A stretch of 64,000 bases of DNA from Candidatus Buchananbacteria bacterium. Its GTDB lineage: Bacteria; Patescibacteriota; Patescibacteriia; 2-01-FULL-39-33. The notes beneath the pieces were generated by a model that made no database searches, had not been told where the DNA came from, and worked only from the letters and a program-made list of their open reading frames with translations. Location of the stretch: the NCBI GenBank assembly GCA_030650095.1, contig JAUSEE010000007.1, forward strand, positions 16,812-80,811, given 5' to 3'. Made by a program: the position numbers and the translations under genes. Shown here piece after piece: positions 1 to 9,400 of this stretch (positions are counted from its first letter, which is position 1; each line of letters starts with the position of its first letter).

Positions 1-916
1 ACTCTTTGTAGGTTTCCGTTTGAGGTAGGCCGCCGATGATTATTCTTTCATTGGCTAAAGTGGACGGGCAATATAAGTCAAAAGTTAAATTGGTAAAAGG
101 AGTTTGAAAGCCGACCCTGGTGGGCACATTAACATTGAAAATAAATTCCTGAACGGATTGCTTGACTGATTTATAATCCAGATTGTCGCGCCTGATAAAG
201 GGAGCGAGTAAAGTGTCAAAATTAGCAAAGGCCTGGGCGCCGGCCGCCTCGCCTTGGAGGGTATAGAAAAAATTAACTATTTGTCCCAAGATTACCCTCA
301 AATGCTTGGCTGGCTTGCTGTTGACCTTTCCAGGCACGCCGCCGAAGCCTAAGCGCAGTAATTGTTGCAGATCCCAACCGCAGCAATAAACGGCCAAAAG
401 CTGCAAATCATGAAGATGCAAAGTGCCATCAACATGAGCATCCCTTATTTCCGGCGGATAAATCTTATTAAGCCAGTAATGCGAGCTGATGGCTGAAGCC
501 ACGTGATTATTCAAGCCTTGGAGAGAATAGCTCATGTTGGCGTTTTCCTTCACCCGCCAATCCAATTGCTTCAAATAGCCGTCGATAATATCATTGGAAT
601 TGATCATTTTCTTCAAATCTCTTAAACGGGCATGCTGTTCGCGATAAATTATATAAGCCTTGGCGGCCTTAACCAAATCTTCTTTGATTAAAATCTCTTC
701 CACGATATCCTGAATCTCTTCAATGGCCGGCACAGAACGCTGATGGAATTTATTATTTAAAGCGTTGATTACTTTTTCGGATAATTCAAGAGATAATTCC
801 TGGTCATCCCTATTGACCGCCTTTAAAGACTTATAAATAGCTTGAGTTATCTTGGCTTGATCAAAATCAACTATGCTGCCGTCTCTTTTTTTAACTTGTC
901 TGATTTGGCTGTCCAT
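1..916 (-). CDS. nrdD: Anaerobic (class III) ribonucleoside-triphosphate reductase with N-terminal ATP-cone; runs off the window start
   Basis: Manual translation from ATG at 916: MDSQIRQVKKRDGSIVDFDQAKI (ATP cone)...DWRVKENANMSYSLQGL...HLHDL...YCCGWDL...QGEAAGAQAF...GFQTPFTN. Not in the ORF track because it is truncated. Confidence 0.93.
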   Translation of the reverse strand, partial: MDSQIRQVKKRDGSIVDFDQAKITQAIYKSLKAVNRDDQELSLELSEKVINALNNKFHQRSVPAIEEIQDIVEEILIKEDLVKAAKAYIIYREQHARLRDLKKMINSNDIIDGYLKQLDWRVKENANMSYSLQGLNNHVASAISSHYWLNKIYPPEIRDAHVDGTLHLHDLQLLAVYCCGWDLQQLLRLGFGGVPGKVNSKPAKHLRVILGQIVNFFYTLQGEAAGAQAFANFDTLLAPFIRRDNLDYKSVKQSVQEFIFNVNVPTRVGFQTPFTNLTFDLYCPSTLANERIIIGGLPQTETYKE

Positions 917-1038
917 ACCGGCTTTTTATTGGCTTAATTGCAAATTAAAAAAGAAAAAATAGATCATAAATGTTTTGCGAAAAGAAGCAATCTGCAAACT
1001 CTAGATCTATTTCAAACTATTTTTTCCTTCCACCACTT

Positions 1039-1067
1039 ATTATACCCTGGCTCAAAAGCAGTGTCAA
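1039..1067 (-). promoter_or_regulatory. Sigma70-type promoter for nrdD
   Basis: Minus strand TTGACA-17 nt-TATAAT, perfect consensus. Confidence 0.8.
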
Positions 1068-1110
1068 AAAATGATTTTTACAGTCATTTTTACAAAATCC
1101 CGACTAGCTT

Positions 1111-1119
1111 TGTGGATAA
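1111..1119. promoter_or_regulatory. Single perfect DnaA box upstream of nrdD promoter
   Basis: TGTGGATAA, reverse complement of TTATCCACA. Confidence 0.4.
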
Positions 1120-1146
1120 AAAACCGCCCCCGTTTTAAGGAGGCGG
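1118..1146 (-). terminator. Intrinsic terminator after ftsZ
   Basis: CCGCCTCC...GGGGGCGG stem followed by a T-run on the minus strand. Confidence 0.65.
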
Positions 1147-1190
1147 AATTATGATATGTCAATTTAAGAAACAATCATATTGGGCGCTAA

Positions 1191-1235
1191 ATCCCTCGAC
1201 TTATTTTGCCTGCGGCAAAAATCGCTCGGGATGAC
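1191..1235 (-). repeat. REP-like GTCAT(C/T)CCGAGCG...GTCGAGG(G/A)AT element, copy 1
   Basis: Minus strand GTCATCCCGAGCG-atttttgccgcaggcaaaataa-GTCGAGGGAT; related copies at 50726 and 62017. Confidence 0.7.
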
Positions 1236-1267
1236 ATCTTTATGGATGCGCCTAGAAAGGCGCTTTA

Positions 1268-2452
1268 TTATTTCATTTTACGGCGGATAAAAGCTGGAAT
1301 TTCCAAATCATCTTCTTCGGCCACAACCCTTTTGGTAGGTTTCGGCTCTGGCATCATGGTCCTAGGAGTTTCTTCTCTGGGTTGTTCAACTGCTTTTTTA
1401 GCTTCCTCAATCTTATCATCAATATTTTTCTTAGAAAAAAGACGGTTGACGTGGTATTTGGGCTCTTCCAGTGACATAGAACGAACCTGGACCGGCCGGT
1501 TGTCATCAAAACCGGTAGCCACAACGGTAACCCGAACCTTATCTTTCATATTTTCATCAATCACTGTGCCAAAAATTATCTTAGCATTGGCGTCAACGCT
1601 TTCAGCTATGATATTGCCGACATCATTGACTTCATTCATGGTTAAATTGGAGCCGCCGGTTAAAATAAACATCACCCCTCGGGCGCCATCAATGGAAATA
1701 TCCAACAGCGGAGAAGAAATGGCTTTTTTGGCAGCGCTCACAGCTCGATTTTCACCGGTAGCTTCGCCTATACCCATCAAAGCTGAACCGGCATTATTCA
1801 TGATGGCCTTCACATCAGCAAAATCAACATTGATAATGCCAGGAATAGTAATGGCTTCGGAAATTCCTTGTATGCCTTGGCGCAAGACATCATCAACTGT
1901 TTTGAAAGCATCTAAAAGCGAGGTTTTTTTGTCGATGATTTGTAAGATTTTATCATTAGGAATAGTAATAATGGTATCAACCCTGGATTCCAACTCTTTA
2001 TAGCCTCTCTCGGCTATTTCTCGCCTCTGGGCGCCTTCAAAAGCAAAGGGCTTGGTAACAACCGCTACCACTAAAGCTCCAATCTCTTTGGCTATTTGAG
2101 CCACAACCGGCGAAGCGCCAGTGCCAGTGCCTCCGCCTAAGCCGCAAGTAATAAAAACCATATCAGCTCCCTTAAGGATATCTCTTAGTTCATTAATGCT
2201 TTCCTGGGCAGCCTGAAAACCAACATTGGGATCCATACCGGCTCCCAAACCTTTAGTGGTGGCTTCACCAATATGAAGTTTGAACTTGGCATCATTATGA
2301 TGCAAAGCCTGAACATCGGTATTGATGGCTATAAATTCAACTCCTTTTATTTTGGAAGCAATCATCCGATTGACAGCCGAGCCGCCCGATCCTCCAACTC
2401 CAACAACTTTGATTTTAGCAAATGGTTCTACTTCCAGTCTTACTTCTGGCAT
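1268..2452 (-). CDS. ftsZ: Cell division GTPase FtsZ
   Basis: GGGTGTG tubulin motif, NTD, INVDFADV, C-terminal DLEIPAFIRR. Confidence 0.99.
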   Translation of the reverse strand: MPEVRLEVEPFAKIKVVGVGGSGGSAVNRMIASKIKGVEFIAINTDVQALHHNDAKFKLHIGEATTKGLGAGMDPNVGFQAAQESINELRDILKGADMVFITCGLGGGTGTGASPVVAQIAKEIGALVVAVVTKPFAFEGAQRREIAERGYKELESRVDTIITIPNDKILQIIDKKTSLLDAFKTVDDVLRQGIQGISEAITIPGIINVDFADVKAIMNNAGSALMGIGEATGENRAVSAAKKAISSPLLDISIDGARGVMFILTGGSNLTMNEVNDVGNIIAESVDANAKIIFGTVIDENMKDKVRVTVVATGFDDNRPVQVRSMSLEEPKYHVNRLFSKKNIDDKIEEAKKAVEQPREETPRTMMPEPKPTKRVVAEEDDLEIPAFIRRKMK

Positions 2453-2461
2453 ATTATTTTA

Positions 2462-2670
2462 ACTTATTATTTATAACTTATAGCTTATATCTCTCATACT
2501 ATGACTTCGCTATTAGCTATTTATTTATAAAAATTTTAAATTCAAAATTTCAAGTTCCAAATAAATTCCAAATATTAAATTTAAAATCCAAAAAATAATT
2601 ATTTTAATTTGATGTTTTGTAATTTATGATTTATTTGACATTTGTGATTTTGAATTTGTTATTTCTTGAT
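2462..2670. repeat. AT-rich periodic imperfect inverted repeat between ftsA and ftsZ
   Basis: Left arm of ~7-nt units such as aaattca/aaattcc/aaatatt, right arm of complementary units such as tgaattt/tgatttt/tgacattt. Confidence 0.5.
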
Positions 2671-3921
2671 CTACGGCAGTATATTCTTAAACCACTTTTT
2701 CACACGGTTAGTAGCCTCTTCGATGCTGCCGCCGATTTGCGATGGTATTTTACCTCCTCGCCTGCCTCTGCCTTGAAGCTGGCTGCCCCACAAGACTAAA
2801 CCGATGGCTGTAGTAAATGACAAATCGCTAACTTTGCCAAGATTAGAAACTAATTCCTGGGGCTGTCCCAAAGAAGCCGGCAAACGCAAAATATTCTTAG
2901 CTACTTCTATAATGCCTTCCAACTTAGCGCCGCCGCCGGTTAAGACAACCCCGGCCGGCAACATGCCGGACTTGCCGATTTTTTTTAATTCCTTGTCCAC
3001 GCTTTCCATTATTTCTTCTATTCTGGCTTCCACTATTTCGGCCACTTCTTTTTGGCTGAATTCTCCATCTTCAATGGCGCCTAATTCCGAATATTTGATA
3101 AAATTATTCTTCTTAAACTTATCGGGAGCGCAACTGCCTTCCCTGATTTTAATTTTTTCGGCGCTGTCAATAGAAATTTTTAATCCCAGGGCTATATCGT
3201 TGGTGACATAATCGGAACCGATGGGCAAAACCGCCGTATGCAAAACATCGTTCTCTTCAAAAACAGCCATGCTGGAAGTAGCTCCGCCCAAATTAACCAC
3301 TACTACACCCAATTCTTTTTGGCGGTTGGTTAAAACGCTTTCAGAAGTGGCTAAGATGGAAAGAACCAGATCATCAATATCAAGGCCAGTCCGATAGATG
3401 CATTTGGTTAGATTTTTAATTTGTGAAATAAGCCCTTGGATAATCTGAGTTTCAACTTCCAGCCTGATGCCGTTCATGCCGATAGGATCTTTAATGCCGG
3501 TTTGAGAATCAACAGTAAAGCTTTTTGGTATGACATGAAGTATTTCATAGTTGGGCGGAGTGGCAATGGCCTTGGCCGCTTCAATGACTCTTTCTACATC
3601 TTCTTCTCTTATTTCACCGTCGGCTTTAGACACGGCCACCACACCTTTGCTTTCCTGATCAATTATGTGACTGCCGGATATCCCCACCCAAGCATGTTCT
3701 ATGGGCTGGCCGATCATTCTTTCAACTTTTTCTAAAGCTGAAGAAATAGAAGAAACAGCATCTTCAACACTGGTTACAACGCCTTTACTGATGCCTTGCG
3801 CCGGAACTTCCACTGCGCCGATTATTTTCAATTTTTCTTCACCTTTGGATTTCTGTCCCACCACCAAGCGAATGGCGGTAGAACCGATATCCAAACCGGT
3901 TATTAGATTGTCTCTAAGCAT
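2671..3921 (-). CDS. ftsA: Cell division protein FtsA
   Basis: GLDIGS actin-like motif, GVVLTGGGA, C-terminal amphipathic KKWFKNIL; upstream of ftsZ. Confidence 0.98.
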   Translation of the reverse strand: MLRDNLITGLDIGSTAIRLVVGQKSKGEEKLKIIGAVEVPAQGISKGVVTSVEDAVSSISSALEKVERMIGQPIEHAWVGISGSHIIDQESKGVVAVSKADGEIREEDVERVIEAAKAIATPPNYEILHVIPKSFTVDSQTGIKDPIGMNGIRLEVETQIIQGLISQIKNLTKCIYRTGLDIDDLVLSILATSESVLTNRQKELGVVVVNLGGATSSMAVFEENDVLHTAVLPIGSDYVTNDIALGLKISIDSAEKIKIREGSCAPDKFKKNNFIKYSELGAIEDGEFSQKEVAEIVEARIEEIMESVDKELKKIGKSGMLPAGVVLTGGGAKLEGIIEVAKNILRLPASLGQPQELVSNLGKVSDLSFTTAIGLVLWGSQLQGRGRRGGKIPSQIGGSIEEATNRVKKWFKNILP

Positions 3922-4020
3922 GGTTTTGCATTAAACTAGAAATTACTTTAGCCCTATTTTAATTTGGTCTATACCAGACTGATTTAAGGGGGTAAATTTC
4001 AAGCTATCTTTATTATAGTA

Positions 4021-4057
4021 AAAAAAACTGTTCACCTCAAATGTTAATAAGTGAACA
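4021..4057 (-). terminator. Terminator after ybeY
   Basis: TGTTCAC/GTGAACA stem followed by a T-run on the minus strand. Confidence 0.5.
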
Positions 4058-4087
4058 ATTGAATAAAAAATGTGTTCAGCCTTAATT

Positions 4088-4576
4088 TTAACAATTTATT
4101 TGATCTTCTTCGAACTTGAATACATCCCAAATTTTTAATCGCTCCAATATTTTTTTTTCAAATTTTAACATCTTGGCCGCTTCCCCTTGACCAACTTTTT
4201 CATGATCATAACCGGATAAATGAGCCAGGCCATGGATTAAGAGTCGGGCTATCTCATTTTTAAAACTGCATTTAATATCCTTGGCTTGTTTTTTGGCTTG
4301 GGGCACACAAATAACAATTTCTCCCAAATACTTTCTGTCTATGGGCACATTAACGAAATTTTTAAAATCCTCTTCAAAACTCAAAACATCAGTAACTTTA
4401 TCTTGGCCTCGATATTTTTTATTAAGGCGCTTAATGGTTTTACTGTCCACAAAAGCCAAAGAAAAATACCACCCGCCTTTTAGTTTATTTTCTTGGCCGA
4501 AAATATCCGCTACTTGCTTCAGCCATTTTAAAGAGAGGGTGGTTTCCGTTTGTTTGTTAATTTCAAATGATAACAT
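4088..4576 (-). CDS. ybeY: rRNA maturation endoribonuclease YbeY
   Basis: LNKKYR..DKVTDVLSF, LGEIVIC, HGLAHLSGYDH. Confidence 0.95.
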   Translation of the reverse strand: MLSFEINKQTETTLSLKWLKQVADIFGQENKLKGGWYFSLAFVDSKTIKRLNKKYRGQDKVTDVLSFEEDFKNFVNVPIDRKYLGEIVICVPQAKKQAKDIKCSFKNEIARLLIHGLAHLSGYDHEKVGQGEAAKMLKFEKKILERLKIWDVFKFEEDQINC

Positions 4577-4579
4577 AAT

Positions 4580-5611
4580 TTAAGGTACGTCAGTATTGGT
4601 GTTAGTATCAATTGGTTCGGTTATCAACTTAAAATTCCTAATAATCATTTCAAAGACCGAGGGATAGCGGAATTCAGACATATTATCCAAATCATATTCA
4701 AAAGCATAAATCTTATCTCTTTTTTGATCGGTAATATAAATGCCCAGATTATTAGGCGAACGCACACCCTTGAAATTGCCGAATTCTATGTTGCCCAATT
4801 GGCCTAAGGTGATTTGGGGATGATTTAACAAATACCAATTAGCGGCTGAAATCTGATCATCATTGCTTATGACAGAAATTTTTATCATCTCCCCTGTGCC
4901 CGTAATTATCCTGGCCTCATGCAAAGCTTCAATCAAACTGACAGACCAACCCTTGATATAAAGCGTTTGAAAATTATTAGTTGGAAAATTAGTGCTTAAC
5001 TTACTGATGAAAGCCGCCTCCGCTAAAAGAAAGGGATTGCCGCTGCTGGGACTGACAATTGGATTATAACCTCCAATAAACTCATCGCTGTCCAAATAAC
5101 CGTCTAAATCGGAATCAGGCGAACTGGGCGAAGAACCGATTAAGGCTTCTTCTAAATCGGTTAGCTTGTCCTTATCGGCATCACCGCTCAACGCGGGCGG
5201 CACCAAATCATTAATGTTGCTATTAGTGTTTCCATTGGTATTAGTATTGGCATTAGTATTTATATTTTCATTCGTATTAAGATTGCCATTTTCATTGGTG
5301 TTGCTGTTTTCATTAACATTAATATTTCTATTTTCATTCTCATTGGTATTAATGTTTTGATTGGTAAAAGTTATATTTTGATTAGCCAATTGATTGGTTG
5401 AGTCCTGATTATTTTGCAGCGTATTGTACATAAAATAAGACACCGAAGAAACCACTATCAGTAGCAGAATAATCACCACTATGGCCAAGGCCTTATTGGA
5501 AGAACGCTGGGCTTTCTGGGGATGAAATTTTTCCGGCATAACATAAACATCCTCTTGGGAAGGGGCGGGTAAATTAGCAGGCATGATATTATCTTTTTTA
5601 GAGCCAAACAT
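4580..5611 (-). CDS. Single-pass membrane protein with Asn/Thr-rich linker and DxDxDG (bacterial TSP3-like) Ca-binding repeats
   Basis: TM LAIVVIILLLIVV; (NTN/NIN)n linker; DADKDKLTDLEE, DSDLDGYLDSDE. Confidence 0.8.
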   Translation of the reverse strand: MFGSKKDNIMPANLPAPSQEDVYVMPEKFHPQKAQRSSNKALAIVVIILLLIVVSSVSYFMYNTLQNNQDSTNQLANQNITFTNQNINTNENENRNINVNENSNTNENGNLNTNENINTNANTNTNGNTNSNINDLVPPALSGDADKDKLTDLEEALIGSSPSSPDSDLDGYLDSDEFIGGYNPIVSPSSGNPFLLAEAAFISKLSTNFPTNNFQTLYIKGWSVSLIEALHEARIITGTGEMIKISVISNDDQISAANWYLLNHPQITLGQLGNIEFGNFKGVRSPNNLGIYITDQKRDKIYAFEYDLDNMSEFRYPSVFEMIIRNFKLITEPIDTNTNTDVP

Positions 5612-5646
5612 AATACTTAATCTATTTATAAATATAAAATTTTAAA

Positions 5647-6396
5647 TTAGGGCACATTAAACAGCCTGGCGCCGCCGCCTTTAGCCGGATCAAAGCCGTT
5701 TACAACTTCGTCGCCATCATTATAACCATCGCCATCGGTATCTTTTTTAAGCGGATCAGTATTGTAAATCCTAACCTCTACCCGATCAATCAAGCCATCG
5801 CCATCGGTATCAAAATTATTAGGATTGGTGCCTAATTGTTTTTCTTCTTCATCACTTAGACCGTCATTATCACTGTCTGGGCCAAGAGAAACATTGGCAT
5901 TGGCATTGGCATTTGTTTCGGCGTTAATATTAGCATTTTCATTGGCATTGGCATTGCCATTTGTTTCGGTATTGGTATTAGCGTTAGCTTCGGTATTGGT
6001 ATTGACATTAGTATTTATATTGGCGTTTAAATTGGCATCGGGGCCTGATGTTTTGGAAGTAAAGAAACTGACAGCGGCGAAGACTACTCCGCCGATTATA
6101 GCTAGGCCGATTAAAGATAGAAGCACTACCAGAGCTTTATTTTGAAACATAGAACGGCCGCCAAAAACATCGGGACTAACTGCCATCTGAGAAGCTTGGC
6201 CTGGTTGCATTGGACGAGAAATCCGAGGCGATGAGGGCGTTTCGGTTTCAGAAAAAATATCCTCCACCTGGGGCGGTCTGGGAACTGCCGGAGCAGGTTT
6301 AATCCTGTCATCTGGCAAGTTCAGAGGCGGCGGTGATTGCTTTCTGGGTTCACTGGGCATGGGGCCTGATGGCGCCATAGGGTTTTGATCAAACAT
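5647..6396 (-). CDS. Single-pass membrane protein: Pro-rich N-terminus, Asn/Ala-rich linker, three DxDxDG TSP3-like repeats
   Basis: DSDNDGLSDEEE, DTDGDGLIDRVE, DTDGDGYNDGDE after an NANTN linker. Confidence 0.82.
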   Translation of the reverse strand: MFDQNPMAPSGPMPSEPRKQSPPPLNLPDDRIKPAPAVPRPPQVEDIFSETETPSSPRISRPMQPGQASQMAVSPDVFGGRSMFQNKALVVLLSLIGLAIIGGVVFAAVSFFTSKTSGPDANLNANINTNVNTNTEANANTNTETNGNANANENANINAETNANANANVSLGPDSDNDGLSDEEEKQLGTNPNNFDTDGDGLIDRVEVRIYNTDPLKKDTDGDGYNDGDEVVNGFDPAKGGGARLFNVP

Positions 6397-6447
6397 AATT
6401 TTAAGATAAATATAAATTAATTACATTATACAATAATTTTGTTCAAT

Positions 6448-9400
6448 TTACATTCTAAATATCCTACCTAAAAAATTGAATAACAAATTACCAATAACAT
6501 TTATTAAATTGAATAACTTATTGGGGCCCGACGCTTCTTCTGCTATTCCAGCTACATTACCGCCGACTGCCTCTGTTTCCAAAGCTACATAACCAGGATA
6601 ATAGGGGCAATAGCCCAAATTAAGATTGGACATGGAGAAATCAAAACCGGCTCCAGAAACACTGACTCTTCTGTTGTTGCCATTATCTGTGCAAAAACCG
6701 GCTGGCAAATTAATCTCTTGGCCCGTTAAAGAGGCTGAACCGGAAACTGGAATATTAACAGAAAAATGAGTTGTGGCCGTATCTATAGCGACATCAAAAT
6801 TAACCTTTAAATTATCCATTATATTAGAAATAATGCTGTTATAAAGAGCTGTTAAATTGCCGGTATCACCAAAATAACAGAAGCCACTACCGCAACTGCC
6901 ATCACCATCATTGGATGATATTTTATTTAATTCTACCGGATCAGCATCGGCCCCATAAGATACTGAATATATAAGGGTCTTGGGAATACTCGGATCTAAC
7001 GGATAATTTTTGATATTAGATGCGAAATTTATACCATCTGGGCGACCATAAACATTACAATTATATCTATATCTTCCTCCACGAATAAGACATCCGCCAC
7101 CTCCATCACTAACATATGTCTTACGACAATTGGGATAATTATTTTCGTCGTCCCCACAATCAAGCATATTAGTAGCTTGACCATCACTCATTAGTACTAC
7201 ATATTTATTAAGAGCTAAATTATTAGGAGTGGTGGCTGAACTGATGATTTCTTGGGCCTTCACTAAAGCATCAGATGGATTGGTTCCGCTCCAACTATTA
7301 TAGCCACTATCAGCTTCATAAGCATTAACAATGCCTCTTAAGACATCAATTTGATCAACGCCACATAAAGTATCAGAACATTGTGAACTTGATACATCAT
7401 TTTGAGCTCTTAAAACAAAACTTACCAAGCCTATTTCTGCATCAGGAATTGCCTCAAAAATATCCTCTATAGTTGTAACCAAGCTCGATTTTAAAGGAGT
7501 AAGCTTATCTTCGCCTATAACCATACTAGCTGATAAATCATTAACAAAAACTATAATCGCTTTGGGAATAGTAGCATTGATAGTAAAATTGGCTTTAAGC
7601 TTATTAAATTCATTGCAGGCCGGCACGCCGCTAATTGTAGCCAAACTAGGCGAACCGGAAAAGGCGCTTAAAGTGAGAACGGAATTATCATAAGGCGGGC
7701 AAGCTTGCCAATTGCAACTGCTCTGGCACAGATGGCCATAAGTGCCAACACCGGGTTCACATTGCTCTTGAGCTGCCTGCACTGTTCCATCTCCACACCA
7801 GCCGCCCGAATCTTGACAGACATTATTGCAAGCCCACTGGTTGGTGGAGCTCTCACCTTCTCCCCAGCCGAATGATCCGTCACTAAGAGTAGGAGATCCA
7901 TCGGGTTTTGTACCTTCACATTGTTCATTGATTGCATTCCATTCGCCGTCATGGCAATAGGGGAAAATCACGGTTTGATCAACGCAGGCGCTGGTGCAAT
8001 AATGGCGGGTGACAGATGTTAGATTCCAAAAAGGCATGAAATAATTATTCAAATTAGCTCCGGGAGGGATGTTGTGGGTGGTATAAGTTAAACCGGTATT
8101 GCCACAATCAGATGGGCCCGACAAGGGGCCAACGGCATCACCGCAATCACAAGTTTCGGTGGCTTGTTTTAAACCATCACCGCAAAGTGGCACGATACAA
8201 GTGCTGGGAAGGCCGGAACAAGTCCAATTTGGCTCTATAGCGCAAACATTGGAACAGCCATCACCGGAAAAGCCATTGCCATCATCGCAAGTTTCAGATT
8301 GGCCACGGCCGTTCAAGCCTTGGATAACACTATCGCCGCAGAAAGTGGCGGCGCTACACTGCGCGTTGCAAGTTCCGGCATTGGTGTTATTACCATCATC
8401 ACAAGCCTCGCCGGCCTGCACTACACTATCACCGCAATCCGGCAAAACACAGGCATCGGGAGCCTGATCAGGGTTATAATCATTAGGACAATTATCGCAG
8501 GCGTTGCCTACGGTATCGCCATCATTATCAGCTTGGTTGCAAGCCGACTTTTCTAGCGGTCCCAAATTGCCATCGCCGTTTCTATCAAAACAAGTAGCTA
8601 GCGAAGCGCTGGAGCCATTTTTAATACTAGCGCAATTATCACAGGCGTTGCCAATATTATCGCTGTCCGTATCAGGCTGGGTAGGTGGAGTTCCTACTTT
8701 GGGGTTATAATCATTAGGACAATTGTCACTGGCATTTAAAATGCTATCGCCGTCGGAATCAATATCAACAGAATCCGGGGTGCAAGACCAAGTAGCGCCT
8801 GTTTGGCGGCAAGAATTACCGGAAGAACAAACGACATCAAACGGACAAGTGCTGCAATCCTCATTATCTTCTAGTGTACTAGGATTGTTATCTGGACCAT
8901 CTAGATCTTCTATTCCATCACCGCAAGTGCCGGAAAATGCTCGGCAAATACTGCTAACAGCTAAAGTAAAGGGATCACCGTCCATAAATCTAACTTGTGA
9001 CCAATCAGCCGGGCGCCAAGAACCACTAATAAATTCTTTGAAAGCGTAAACATTTTTAATGACACCGTTATTATTGGCAAAATAAGCATAAACTCTGGCG
9101 GCTGTCGGACATTGCATTGATTTGGCCACATCGTTCCAACAAGTTATGGAATCATAAGGAGACTCACAGCCATCAAAACCGGAACTGGTGTTTAAAGGAT
9201 CGACAGGCAAGGCTGAACCCAAAACATTGCCAAGCGTAGCCTGCCAAGACGGCCAGACACTAAAGCTGCGTCCGGAGATATAAGTGCCGGAGGGCAAGTC
9301 GGGATAAAAATTACCGCAAGTGCCGCCGCCATAACACTCCGCGCTGTTAACGCAAGTAATAAATTTGTCATTACTGCAACGCTTTTGATTATGATAATCA

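Noticed and set aside
1206-2003. 265-aa plus-strand ORF and the many other antisense ORFs in the track
   Set aside because: Shadows of well-supported genes on the opposite strand (ftsZ, ftsA, giant protein, der, parB and others), with no recognisable motifs.
5200-6030. ATTGGC/ATTGGT hexamer runs as VNTR or contingency loci
   Set aside because: They encode the Asn-Ala/Asn-Thr linkers, are in frame and degenerate.
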